Part shown: piece by piece, positions 39,161 through 51,100 of the stretch | How the letters are laid out: every line of letters starts with the position of its first letter | How positions within the stretch are numbered: position 1 is the stretch's first letter | Assembly: GCA_964187785.1 (NCBI GenBank) | Contig: OZ076409.1 | Location: 80,106,001-80,170,000 of the forward strand | Length of the DNA stretch: 64,000 bases | Direction of reading: 5' to 3' | Source of the DNA: Amphiscolops sp. MND2022 | Taxonomy: Eukaryota | Notes under the pieces: model-generated | Databases searched by the model: none | The model's input: only the letters and a program-made list of their open reading frames with translations | What the model was told of the DNA's origin: nothing | Translations under genes and position numbers: made by a program

Positions 39161-39815
39161 AACAACCCGGGAATGGCCCAAGTTGGAGCCCCGCTCAAGG
39201 TTCAAAAAAGTGAAGGATTTTAATTATGCAAAAATACATTTTTCTTAAAATTTCATCAAAGTTACATGTCCAAAAAATATCCTAAGGCATAAGACTCGAA
39301 CACCACTTTTCCCCAACCCAACTGGAGACTTTCAAAAAACAAAAAAAATTGGGAAAAAGTTTGGGTAAGTCGCATAGTGCCGAAAACTACAAGGAGTCCA
39401 GTATGCTCGCAAAATGTTACGTTTCGGGTAAAAAGTGAGTACGGCTTTGATAAAAGCAAATTAGAAAAAAGTCAGATGGAGAAAATGCGTTCTTGAAAAA
39501 CAAAAAAAAATGAAGATATAGCTTGCTGAGAAAACCTAATTTTAAAAAGGCTATATTCAGTTTTAAAAACCTCACAAAGCCGGAAAAATCAAAAGGGGGA
39601 CCCTTCAGTCTCGTTCGATCTTGCAAATTTACGAAAAAGTTTCTGGCTGAAGCAAGGACTTGAACCTACGACCTCTGAGTTCCCCTTAAACAGATTGGTA
39701 GACGTTACAAAGTAATAAGCAACAGCTTTTAAAGTTTATAAAATCTGCAAGTTCGATGGTCCTGAAAAAGTCACTCCTATAGTCTGCCTTTTCTACGGAA
39801 GCGTCGACTAAAAAA
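39161..39815 (+). mobile_element. HINE-family copy containing a tRNA T-arm-like segment
   Basis: Starts aacaacccgggaatggcccaagttgg and ends atagtctgccttttctacggaagcgtcgactaaaaaa. Minus strand reads ggtcgtaggttcaagtcc at about 39656-39673. Confidence 0.5.
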
Positions 39816-40572
39816 CCAGGCATTTTTGTTCCAAATCACAAAATCACCGTCAAGTCAGTTCTATCAGATTTTCTTGAAGTTACCAAAAATAATCATTTGG
39901 CTTTTTTCTTGTCTTGCTTTAATGTTTCGTATGCTAAGATAAAAACGAACAAGAACATGACGCCCGCTAAGCATCGGGCTACTGTCCGCCGCAAAAATAT
40001 CGGGTACATTTATTTTGAGAATTTTTTAAAGTAGTTAACGGTTATTAGGTTAGCACGGTTATGGCAAAGGTTGATGAGTCTTTGACGATAGGCGGTCTTC
40101 TTTCGCGTCTCCGCTTTTTGTTTCTGTGTTTCTGGTCATCATGCTGTTATTCCCTGCGCTTGTCCTGTTTTTCATTATTTTTAGTACTTTGTTACTTTTA
40201 GTAGATCAATAAGTTTTCGAATTCCCTTATTGTACTAATGGACGTGATTGATCTTATTCTCGATGTTTTTCGCGTTGTTATCGTACGTTATACTAGGTAA
40301 CAGTTTTTCTAAAACTTTTTATTTCATTTCATTTTTAATCACTCCTTATTACATCTTCTGTCTACAATGACGATTGTTTCCTTTATTCCCGGGACACTTC
40401 GTATTCTTTCTACTAACGTATTCCTTTCTAGTTTACTTTTGTTTACATTTGATTTATGTTGACATGCGTATCTGTTTTTGCTGATTGGTCGTTCGTCTGC
40501 TCAGAATGTTTTATCGGCCAATTCGTGTTAATAGTTGTCTTGCTTATCGATGAACTCAATTAAAGGCATATT

Positions 40573-41008
40573 CTGGGGTGTGGGATTTTTAGACCGTGGA
40601 CCGAAACCCGTAGTGCCAAACCGTAACCCGTAAACCGTAGTTGTGGAAAAAGCGAACCGTTCACTTTTGAGAAATACGAGCGAATTGTTTTATACATTTA
40701 ACAGCAGTGCTTCTGTGAAAATTTTGGAGCGAATTCAATTGTTCATTCTCAAATAAGAACGTCTTTAAAAGACGAATTCGTTCAAAATAATTTATTTTTA
40801 CGCTATAATTTGCAGAGGGCGTTCCCTCAAATGCTATTTTGGGGCAAGAAACATGAGTGCTTTGATAACACCATAAAGATTTTTGATGAAGAAATTTAAA
40901 TACTTCTGAAGCAAAAGTGTTTTTCAAACCGTACCCTGAAACCGTAAACCAGAGACGACAACCCGTAAACCGTAATTTCAATTCAACCCGTACGGTTCCA
41001 CACCCCAG
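40573..41008. mobile_element. Young MITE (hAT-like, 8-bp TSD), copy 1
   Basis: TIRs CTGGGGTGTGG and CCACACCCCAG, TSD GGCATATT on both sides, and aaaccgta subterminal repeats. Confidence 0.95.
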
Positions 41009-43577
41009 GGCATATTGCTAATCCTTATGTAGTTTCTAGTTGGTACTGGCTTTGATATAGGACTTCTGCCTGAGAATTCCGTCAGCCAGAGCTGTTTTCC
41101 GACAATGAGCTTTAATTTACAACGCAATTTTGTAAGTCTATCTAACCTATTGGTTCACCTTGCACTGATTGTTTCGCTTGAGCTGTGTTTCTTTGTTATT
41201 CGTTCTCGGCTTGATGGTCATTTAATATTTCAAGCTTTCCTTCGTAGAAGTCTAAATGGTTCCAGTTCCATTTGCTTTCTGGCAATTTTGTTCATTTGAT
41301 TTTTTAATAGTGTACCATTCCCTTCTTCCGTTTTTTTCTCGCGACCATTCTCAGTATAGTTGACAAAGTGTTTCGGTAGGGAAAAGACTGTCTCAAAAAG
41401 GATTTAAGATTTTTCAGTCTTTGCATTCTTTCTTTCCCTGATTCAGTCCAATTTCGTCTTTTCTTTCCATGGTCCTATTCCTTCCGAAACGTTTTGACCC
41501 ACCAATTTCATTTTTTCCTGAAGCTTTCGCAATTCTGTTGAACCAGTCTACATTTAAATTGGCGTTTTCCAGTTTGGTCATTGTTTTCAGTACTTCCGGC
41601 GGTTCGCGATTTTCATGATCACTTATGATTACGTTTATCATATCATTCGACCATGCTGGGTGTTTAAACTTTACTGCGGTGTCAATCCGTTCTAGAAAAA
41701 GTGTTGATTTAACTGCAAGTGAGGAAACAGTTCTCAATCTATGGTATTCTTCTGTAGTTGCGCCCAGTGACGGCCGAAATTCATGGGTACTTTGTGTCCT
41801 CGTACAGTTTACTTTGTCCGAAGGCACAGTTGAAGTCAAATTCCGTTGCTAGAGTTTCACCTCCGGTACCTTCTGATGTTTTTGTCGATAAAAGTTGGTC
41901 ATTTTTTGACATTTGGGCTAATCAATTGATTGTCACTTCGTGCAGTTTTCTGGAACCTAGGGCGTTTTTGCTTGATTGATCCCCGTACTGAGATCCCATG
42001 GACTCCCATACATGGCCATGCATGGTCCACCCATGGGCCATCCATGGGTAAAGTTTGGATCCAAAAAAGTTTTTCCATGGACGGCCCATCGATGGGCAAT
42101 TGATGGTCCATCGCATTACGATACATATGCCGCAAAAGTGGAATTTATCATCAAGTGTAAAGTGTATTTTCTGTAGTCAAAAAGTGCATCGTGTTGATCG
42201 CGAATTGTGATGCACAGTGTAATCAGAAATTGCGGGTTGTGATCACTGAGCGTAATTAGAGAGAAAAGTGGAAACCAGTAAAGAATTTTGTTATACACCG
42301 TGAGTAAGAATGACTCTAAACAATGCTTCTATTCGTGTGTGGAGTGGAAACCAGTCAAAGTACGTAATTGTAGAGAGTGTAAAGTAGTCATTTACTGCAT
42401 TTTGATCACTACGCGTGACGCCAAATCACACAGTGTAACTAGCAAAACACGTGACGCGTATTTGAAATAATAACGCGTTTTTATTGGCTGTTAATCGGAC
42501 TAGCAAGATCTTGGTAGTTCGTTGCGGCATATGTATTGTAAATGCCATATGGGAGAAAAACTGACATGTCTGGAATATTCGAATTGCGCCGGAAGCTTGG
42601 TTGATTTTCTATAATCGTGTCTCTTCCATATTTTTCGGTTGCTTTGGTTACCTTTGATACGACTTCGGTTAGGGTCGTTGTTTTGTACAACTCTGATTAT
42701 TTTCGTTTCTTTCGAAAAAGACATTTCTTTTCTTTTGACTTCTCGATGAAAAAATTTTCGAGTTTGTTGATTTTCAATTGAGGTTCGTAAGGTTATTGTT
42801 TTAACAAAACAAAGTTGAGCTTAAGAAAAGATCGCAGATTGAAAGACAAATTGAATGAATAATTTTACAAGTATAAGCTATATACACCTTCCTAGCATCA
42901 TCTGTTCATTACTCGCATTTTTTAACTTCCATCGAGATATTAAGCACTTCCTGTAAAATTGCGGCAAAACTTTGATCTGCGTTAGCATTTCGTCAATTTT
43001 TGTGTTATATCCATACTTAGATTGATATTAGTCATCACCCAGTGGTAAATCATTTCATTCCGGCGTCCTTTTATTTCCTCCCAAGCAGGAAGTAGATTTT
43101 ACTTCATTCTATCAAACCGGAAGTGTTTCCCTGTTTTACTGATTTGGTTCGCGGGAAAGCTAACGCTGGCGTGAACAACTAATACCTGATTTTGAACTTC
43201 AACTTGAGAACTTACGACTAATTATCTTGATTTAGGCAATTTGGTGATGCTAATAGATTGACTGATTTACATGAGGCTAAACGTATAAATATTTCAAACA
43301 TTAACAATTATTTATCTATTTAAAGTTAAGAGCGACACCTTTGAGCAACAAATAAGGACGCCGTGACATCATTCAAACAGCCAATGATTTTATTAAATTA
43401 GGTAATCGAAGCATACATTTGAAAAGCTTGCTTAGACTGCACTTTATTAACATTGAACCTTGAGATTGAATATAAACTGTGACTCCCCAAGATAAATAGT
43501 GTTGAAATACTGTTATTTTAAGTTAGTCTGAAAATCCTGGCTTAAATACCATATTCCGTTCGAATTCAATCTTAGTC

Positions 43578-44090
43578 GACGCAATACCGACGTAGAAATG
43601 TGTTTTCTCAACTTCTAGTATATTAGTTGACGTAGCGTTGACGTAGATTCAGAATTTGCCTTGGTTAGTTAAATTGCGACGACGTAGTGTTGACGTTGAT
43701 TAATATTCTTTCTGCGATTAGTTTCACCGCAGTAAAATACAGCTTCTTTGAAAATTAATACTGACTAAAACGCCTAATTTCATAAATTTGGGACGTAGAG
43801 TGGACGTAAATCTGATGTTGTACCTAGTCCACTAATGTAGTGGACGTAACGTGGCCGTAAATTTGGTATTAAACTTAGTCCCCCATTATAGTGGACGTAG
43901 CGTGGACGTGAATTTGGAATGGTTTCTAGTTAGCTGTTTTAGCTGAGACGTAGCGACAGCGCAACTTCATTCTTACTGCCAAAGCAGTGACGTTGTCGCG
44001 ACGTGAATTTGGAATGATTTCTAGTTAGCTGCCATGGCTGTGACGTAGTCGCGGCGCAAATTCAATCGTATTGGCGAAGCGGTGACGTAG
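43578..44090. repeat. Array of about 10 GACGTAG-N4-GACGTR motifs at about 51-53 (or 42)-bp spacing
   Basis: Motif starts at 43578, 43629, 43681, 43792, 43843, 43894, 43947, 43989, 44042 and 44084. Confidence 0.85.
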
Positions 44091-44399
44091 ATTAGTTTTA
44101 GTTTGTTTTTAATTCAATCCAGTCCGGGAGCGGACTGTGACAGCCTTAATGACCCGAGTAGCAGTAAGGACGCCTTCCGGCTCCGCGTTTCCTGAAACCG
44201 GTTGATAGATAACATTTTCAGGTATTTCCAGGTGATTTTGGGGTAGCTGGATTGATTTACGGTCAGGAAAAGGGATATTTTTAGGTCTAATTTTGGTAAA
44301 TTTTAGATAATATTTATGTTTTGTTAAGATCTGTTTTTTCTCACAAGCAGATGGTTCTCCTAGCAATTAAAGCTCTATTCCGTTGTATTTTGATGCGTA

Positions 44400-45122
44400 T
44401 TTTTAGCAGGCGCTTTTATATATAAAAAAAACCGACTATTACAGTCACGCGTTTTTTAAGACACACTCGAAGCGACGAACGTTAATTAACTACTGAACGT
44501 TAACTTGCTACTAAACTACTGGACCGGCAAACTGGGAGCGCAATCAAGATAGTGCAAAGGGTCCCCCTTTCAATTAATCCATTTTTATCGTAAGATACAA
44601 AACCGGATGAGACTATAGGGTCCCCCCTTTGAGTTTATTTTGGCACTGTGGGACTTTTTCTCGAACTTTTTTTGTCTCTAAAGGGTCCCCCTTCAAATTT
44701 TTTGATATTTTGTAACATAATAGATATTTCACAATCCCAAAGGGTCCCCTCTTTTAGATTTTTCGGCACTAAGAGACTGTTCAAAATTGTTATTTTTCGT
44801 CTGAAATTAGGTTCTCAGTATATATCTACCAATATTTTTCTCCAAAACTATCCGAAACTTGGACGTAATATCCTGAGTAAAGCGCTATATCCGAATTTTC
44901 GACCTTATATCCGAATTATATTTCGTTTTACCAAGGAGGAGGCGGAGGTTCGAAAAGCGCTTCCATTTGGGCCAGCACGCTATATTCGAAGTTTGAGACG
45001 TTACACCCCGCAACAAATTGGATTTTCAAAAAACCCAAAAGATCCCCCTTTCACAATTTCAAAAAGTTTGAGCTTTTTGAGCCTTAGATATGGCGCCGAC
45101 TTTAGACGTTCCCGTCTTGTTT
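44400..45122 (-). mobile_element. HINE-family copy nested in the CCC...GGG element
   Basis: Ends gatatggcgccgactttagacgttcccgtcttgttt on the plus strand, with gggtccccc repeats and a decayed terminal palindrome at 44400-44440. Confidence 0.6.
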
Positions 45123-46022
45123 TCATGTTGGAATGCTACTGTTTGTTATACTGGATTGTATTTGGGAATCCGTCAGTCGCTTCCTGATACATTTCTTACA
45201 TTCTGAGCATTCTCTTGAGCTTATACTGTCATGTAAATTATTTATTTCCAATCTTGTTTCATAGAAGTCCCTTACAAAGGTGCTTTCTATACCCTGGCAA
45301 AAAATGCGAAGACCCATCGCTGGGAGCTCAGCATGATCCCATCGATTGCCCAGCGATGGGCCATGGTAAAAAGGTCGGCGGACCATCGATGGGCCATCGA
45401 TGGGAATGCGATGGTCCATCGATGGCCCATGGATGGGCTGCCCTGGGATCCCAACTGGGATCGTTTATCAATGAAAATACCGCTGGGCTTACAAAACATT
45501 TTTTCAATGAGTTCAAAGGCTCATTTAGGTAGACAGTCTCTATTAGGGCTTAATTCGATAGCCACATGGTCTTGTAGATGTATTTAGAAAGATCTTCATT
45601 TTGGTTGATATTTTAACGCTCATTTCTTCAAACTTAGTTTCACTGACAAGTTGTTCATTTCTCCAATGTCATCAAACAAATTGTAGAACTCGTTTTTTAT
45701 GTTCAATAACTTTATTTCGGTTTTATCGAGAATTATGTTGTGTATCGTTATATTTTCCTTACGAGAGTGTAACGGTAAATCTAAACATTGCATCCTATCT
45801 TATTCTATTATATGTTATGATTTCGTTTTTGTCAGCAGTAGCGGTAGTTCAATTGTTTCTTTGTTTATATTCACTTTTTCTTTTTTGTTCAACTATTTAG
45901 AATTTGTTGTTCTTCACGTGTTTGATATTTTAGGCGGTCCACTTTGAACATGACGTTGAATGAGAACTTAGGAATAAAGGTGATTGATAGGGACGCTGTC
46001 AATAGCATTTTTCCCTAATTAC

Positions 46023-46461
46023 CTGGGGTGTGGGATTTTTAGACCGTGGACCGAAACCCGTAGTGCCAAACCGTAACCCGTAAACCGTAGTTGTGGAAAA
46101 AGCGAACCGTTCACTTTTGAGAAATACGAGCGAATTGTTTTATACATTTAACAGCAGTGCTTCTGTGAAAATTTTGGAGCGAATTCAATTGTTCATTCTC
46201 AAATAAGAACGTCTTTAAAAGACGAATTCGTTCAAAATAATTTATTTTTACGCTATAATTTGCAGAGGGCGTTCCCTCAAATGCTATTTTGGGGCAAGAA
46301 ACATGAGTGCTTTGATAACACCATAACAAAGATTTTTGATGAAGAAATTTAAATACTTCTGAAGCAAAAGTGTTTTTCAAACCGTACCCTGAAACCGTAA
46401 ACCAGAGACGACAACCCGTAAACCGTAATTTCAATTCAACCCGTACGGTTCCACACCCCAG
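46023..46461. mobile_element. Young MITE (hAT-like, 8-bp TSD), copy 2
   Basis: Same TIRs as copy 1 with TSD CTAATTAC. By eye it differs from copy 1 only by a 3-bp indel. Confidence 0.95.
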
Positions 46462-46699
46462 CTAATTACTTGTTGTTGACTTCGTTAGTAACTTTTTTAT
46501 TGTAGCCTCAACTGTCTTCTGCCGAAATAGTTATTTTTCAAAGTACTTTTCAAAGTGATGTGATCAATTTTTGTGGTTTGTCTGGTGCTGTATTGAGCGA
46601 CTTTTTGTTGGCATTTGTGTTTTTGTGACGAGTCCGGTGCGATGCTGCTTTCGATTATGCTTACTGTCTCTAACACTTTCAGTTCTTTCTGTTACCGCT

Positions 46700-46899
46700 N
46701 NNNNNNNNNNNNNNNNNNNNNNNNNNNNNNNNNNNNNNNNNNNNNNNNNNNNNNNNNNNNNNNNNNNNNNNNNNNNNNNNNNNNNNNNNNNNNNNNNNNN
46801 NNNNNNNNNNNNNNNNNNNNNNNNNNNNNNNNNNNNNNNNNNNNNNNNNNNNNNNNNNNNNNNNNNNNNNNNNNNNNNNNNNNNNNNNNNNNNNNNNNN
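46700..46899. other. Assembly gap (200 N)
   Basis: Run of N. Confidence 1.
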
Positions 46900-48137
46900 T
46901 TCGCTTTCAGAACACATATTAGATCATAAAGGGGTTAGACCTAAGTATTTTAGATAAAATTAGATCTGAATCTAATTCCATTAGACCCAAGCAATTAGAT
47001 CAAAGGCGTACACTCCGCGTGAGGGCCAGCGTGCATACACTGCATATGCCCCACATTGATATTTCCGTGAGTTGACTTGTTTATTCCGTGAGTTGGAATG
47101 GAGTTGGCCTAATTTTGTGGTCACTTGGCTTAAAATTTTTAAGCCAAATGACTCGACGACAAAATTACGCCAAATGACTTTAAGCCAAGTGACTTGTGAC
47201 CGTCCGAGGAGACTCCTCATATTAGAGCTCCGTGGCAACGTGCTGGCACATTCAAAACCCGGACACGTCCCACAAGCACGTAAAATTGTTCCTAAAGGTT
47301 CCTGCGGTCCTACAGGGTCAGGGACATTTCGTCACCAGCCATTTGGGCGACAATATGGCGTCGGTCACATTTGCGACAAAAGTGTCTACCAAATGGGTTG
47401 ATCAAATTGATCATTTACCTGATATATTTGAAGAGGTTAGCATATTTGTTGTATGGCGCGGTCGCTCCGCTCCCTTCGCCAAGTAGCAACATTGAGTCAT
47501 GGCTATATGGCACGTCGCTCCGATCCGCTTCGCTCCTGCATTTAGGCCACTAGAGGTAAGTGAAGATATTTGGCCATTTAGTCTACTGGACATTTGTGGG
47601 ACATTATTGTCGCCGAAATGGGCTGAAATTTTTGTCGCCCAAATGGCTGGTGACGAAACGTCCCTATCCCGTCCTACATAGCTCCGAGGTCCAAAAACAG
47701 GTGTTTAACAAAGATACATTCTATTGGATGAATAACGTCTGAAATTAGAACCTGCAAGGTCTGACATTACCAAGCACCTGAAAATCTGCAAGAACACTAA
47801 AAAACAGCACTGAAAAGGCATTCAAAACAGTTCTCAGCGAGTTCTAAGTCTTGGGTACAATTCATACAAAAAATGTACTTTGTTATTCTTTCTGTTCTGC
47901 TGTTTTTTGGTCAGATGGCATAACACTGGGATATTGTCTCGTCTCAGCTTCTGGACGTCTTTGGATGTCTGATTATACAGCTTTCTTGGTGTTCGAGGTA
48001 GGGATTGGGGTGTGGGGGTGTCTATTCTCTTTTTGTTGTTCTCCTTTTTGATTTCAACGACCTGCCAGGTCGGCCATATTGCCTCGCACATTCTTGGTAT
48101 TTTCTTCAAGTTTTTTGTGTTAACTGGAGACGTTACA
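46900..48137 (-). repeat. 3' LTR of the large element (interrupted by MITEs; far end at or near the gap)
   Basis: Begins TGTAACG directly after the PPT. The distal end is not resolved. Confidence 0.6.
47315..47670. mobile_element. MITE with ~39-bp TIRs and 8-bp TSD
   Basis: TIRs gggtcagggacatttcgtcaccagccatttgggcgacaa and ttgtcgcccaaatggctggtgacgaaacgtccctatccc, with TSD GTCCTACA at 47307-47314 and 47671-47678. Confidence 0.92.
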
Positions 48138-51100
48138 TCCTCCCCCGGCCGCAGTTTGACGTCCTCGGCAAACGAGATAGGATGCAAAATTGGATACGCC
48201 GTGGGTCTTAGCAACATCATTTCATTTTTTTCTTAGGTGTTACTGTTCAAAAAGTCTATATCATTTTGATAGCACTTTTTCAAAAAAGCTCTTTTGGATT
48301 ATTTGGATTCAGCACTTTTTTAGCCATTTCAAAGGATAAAAACCACTTTCGATAAAATCTCTGTTTTAGTCTGGTTAAAACTTCTCTTACGTGAATGTTT
48401 AACTTCAGCGACATTCAACCAGTAAAACTGAGAATAGTTTTAATGCAAAGTTTCAATGGCTCTTTTTTCTTTTTGCCAGCAGGCAGGCACCAAGCTGGGA
48501 CCTACATACCAGGTAGTTGTACTATTTTTAGTGGTAATTCTTCGATTAAACAAATATTGCACAAAGTACTTCAACTATTGCACTTAGGTGAGAATGTTTT
48601 CAACCACCGTTTTCTTGGTAAGTTTAGTTTGATTACTAGAGTTCAATTCCAGTCTTCTTCGCCACTCATTATTGTCCGTATTGTCAGCAACTGTAGTGTG
48701 GCTTTGCAAGGTTTCGCTCAATGTCTCCATCAGCACGTCTGTCAGTTGCCATTCTTGCTGATGAGGACTGGGAAGTTCTTTCAGCGCCAATCCCATGTCA
48801 GCAGCTTCTGTCTGTGATATGGACATATTATTTGAATCTTTTTGTGGCGTTGCCATATCGTCAGAGGGAACAATAGGAGTGGTCGCTTGTATCGGTTGAT
48901 TTGGTTCGTGTTGCTGGCCGATCCTTCTGTTCCTGCAGCTGCTAGGGTCTGTGAGGAACTGGCTTGGCTAAGATTTGAAACGCTGGAAGTCAAACTGCCA
49001 CTGGCAGAAACCTCCATATGACCTGCTGCCTGTCTTTCCGTGATAGAGCACACCGGGCGTAGATCTGGCAGCTGGTCAGCAAGCTGTTGGTGTCCATATT
49101 TCTCAAATAGTTCTTTGTACGCCTTGACGACAGCAGATAGCTTTCGTAGACAGAGTTTCCTTCTTGTTTTTGTTTGGCTATCAACTTCAAAAATATCCCA
49201 ATTGCCATCTTTTGATTATTTGGCATTTCGTCACTGCTGGGCAGTATCCTTCGGTTTCATTCCTTGGCAATCTTCGGTACAACGGCTTTCAAGATTTGGT
49301 ACCGTTGGTAGATTGCCGAAGCCACCATTGGAGGTTCTGTCCAACAAGTGGTATTGGCTTGGACCATCGCGGTGTTGGCTCGTGGTTTATACCTTCTCGA
49401 TGTGTCTGTGATAATTTGGTACTGCAGCCTTTCTAGCATGGAGCCTTTCCTCCATCCTCCCAAGCGCTGTGTAGCATTGGTCAGCGTCACCAAAATTGCC
49501 TCTTTGCCCCAACCGGAGAAATCCTGTACAGCACCAGTGCTCGGATTAATTGGCACATGCAGCCACTGGGTAGAATTCCGAAGACATGGGCAGGGCGCAC
49601 CGCGCTCTGGCTCGGACTAACATAATTAAGTTGTGTTCGGCCTGTTTTTTGTCCTTGATAAGGGTTTACGCCATCGATGGCCTGAAATTCGCAAAGTCAG
49701 GTACTAATATATGAAAATTAGGTGGTCGGGCGTCATCTTCTGGGTCCACAAAGTGTAGGATCGACAACGCGGGGGTGCTGACAGCAAATCAAAGAGGTTG
49801 CGTAGGATATCGTAGTGCCACCACGGAACCGAATATGGGCCATACGATAGGAGCAATCACCGGGGTTAGGTCTTCTGATTCTACAAGCACCAAGCTGGCC
49901 ACTTGAGACGGGAAAAGAAAACCTGGCAGGTTATTGTTATTGCGTTGCTGAGTCGATGAGTCATCAAGGGCGCACATTACTCCTGATACATTCACCCATG
50001 CGGAATAAACCCAGGCTAGAACTGTCTCGACATTTTCGGCCAGCTGGGCACGCAGTCTTAATGCTCCTGCAGGGTCTAATGTATTCAGGATTGCGTGGAT
50101 CCGACCTCTTTGGTTTCTTGCGTATATCAGGAAACCCAATAAACTTGATTTGACCTTGTTCAAGAGTTTCTTTACCAAATGCACAGGACCTTTGTAAAAA
50201 AAAGCCCAAGCCGACTGCCATCAAGTATGCTAAGATTTCCTTGATTTGCATTGCTTCTATATATAACTTCATTTGTCGCTGGTCTAGGCCACTTTCACAA
50301 TGAACCGTCGTTGACACCCAGAACGGAGAAATGTTATACAAGAAATTAGAAATTGGTATTTGGTGTCGCTCTGCTACCTGTGCCAGAGTTTCTTGCAATA
50401 CTTCGTGCCAAGACAGGTACTAGTGATCCGGATTAGTTCGATTTTCTCGTGCTACCTTCCGGGCAAGTACTGCTAGTAGCACCAGAGTGGGGGAGACTAT
50501 GTTGGGTTAAGAGTCCACGGCTAGTGTGGCCACAGGAAAGACGGTGGTGTAAGTGCGAGTTTGCTTCATCGCTTCAGTCTTCTTGAAGAGAGCTAGCAGC
50601 TCTTTGTGGAACTTCACATTATGCGATTTCTCGTTCTGGGTTGATTCGTCTGTCGTCTCAAACAACAGGTTGTCTATTATCTTTGCTTTCTTGGTGTTCG
50701 AGGTAGGGATTGGGGTGTGGGGGTGTCTATTCTCTTTTTGTTGTTCTCCTTTTTGATTTCAACGACCTGCCAGGTCGGCCATATTGCCTCGCACATTCTT
50801 GGTATTTTCTTCAAGTTTTTGGTGTTAACTGGAGACGTTACATCCTCCCCCGGCCGCAGTTTGACGTCCTCGGCAAACGAGATAGGATGCAAAATTAGAT
50901 ACGCCGTGGGTCTTAGCAACATCATTTCATTTTTTTCTTAGGTGTTACTGTTCAAAAAGTCTATATCATTTTGATAGCACTTTTTCAAAAAAGCTCTTTT
51001 GGATTATTTGGATTCAGCACTTTTTTCGCCATTTCAAAGGATAAAAACCACTTTCGATAAAATCTCTGTTTTAGTCTGGTTAAAACTTCTCTTACGTGAA

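Larger units (their letters stand above)
41981..45459. mobile_element. CCC...GGG-ended DNA transposon (CACTA/CMC-like) with CCATGG/CCATCGATGG subterminal arrays and nested inserts
   Basis: Removing it restores the RT reading frame. Has a 2-bp AT duplication and imperfect inverted ends ccccgtactgagatcccatgg and ccctgggatcccaactggg. Confidence 0.7.
40040..46699 (-). pseudogene. Ancient Gypsy pol remnant (same lineage as the 13736 element), fragmented by nested insertions
   Basis: Minus strand gives PR-like sequence near 46000, then CFVSPAV|NDQSSKNALGSRKL joined across 41981-45459, then LERIDTAVKFKHPAWSND (compare QEKIDRTLEYSTPAWLDD) and an RNase H DHQA...RLDRL remnant. Confidence 0.75.

Noticed and set aside
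43578..44090. CRISPR array
   Set aside because: The repeats are short and degenerate, some spacers are duplicates of each other, there are no cas genes, and the context is a eukaryotic transposon. Kept only as a motif array.
40661..46434. Duplicated 106/107-aa protein gene (MKLRFTGCRLW...)
   Set aside because: Both ORFs lie inside the two MITE copies, lack an ATG start and show no recognisable domain.
46564..46957. ORFs of 104-128 aa
   Set aside because: Artefacts of reading through the N gap.
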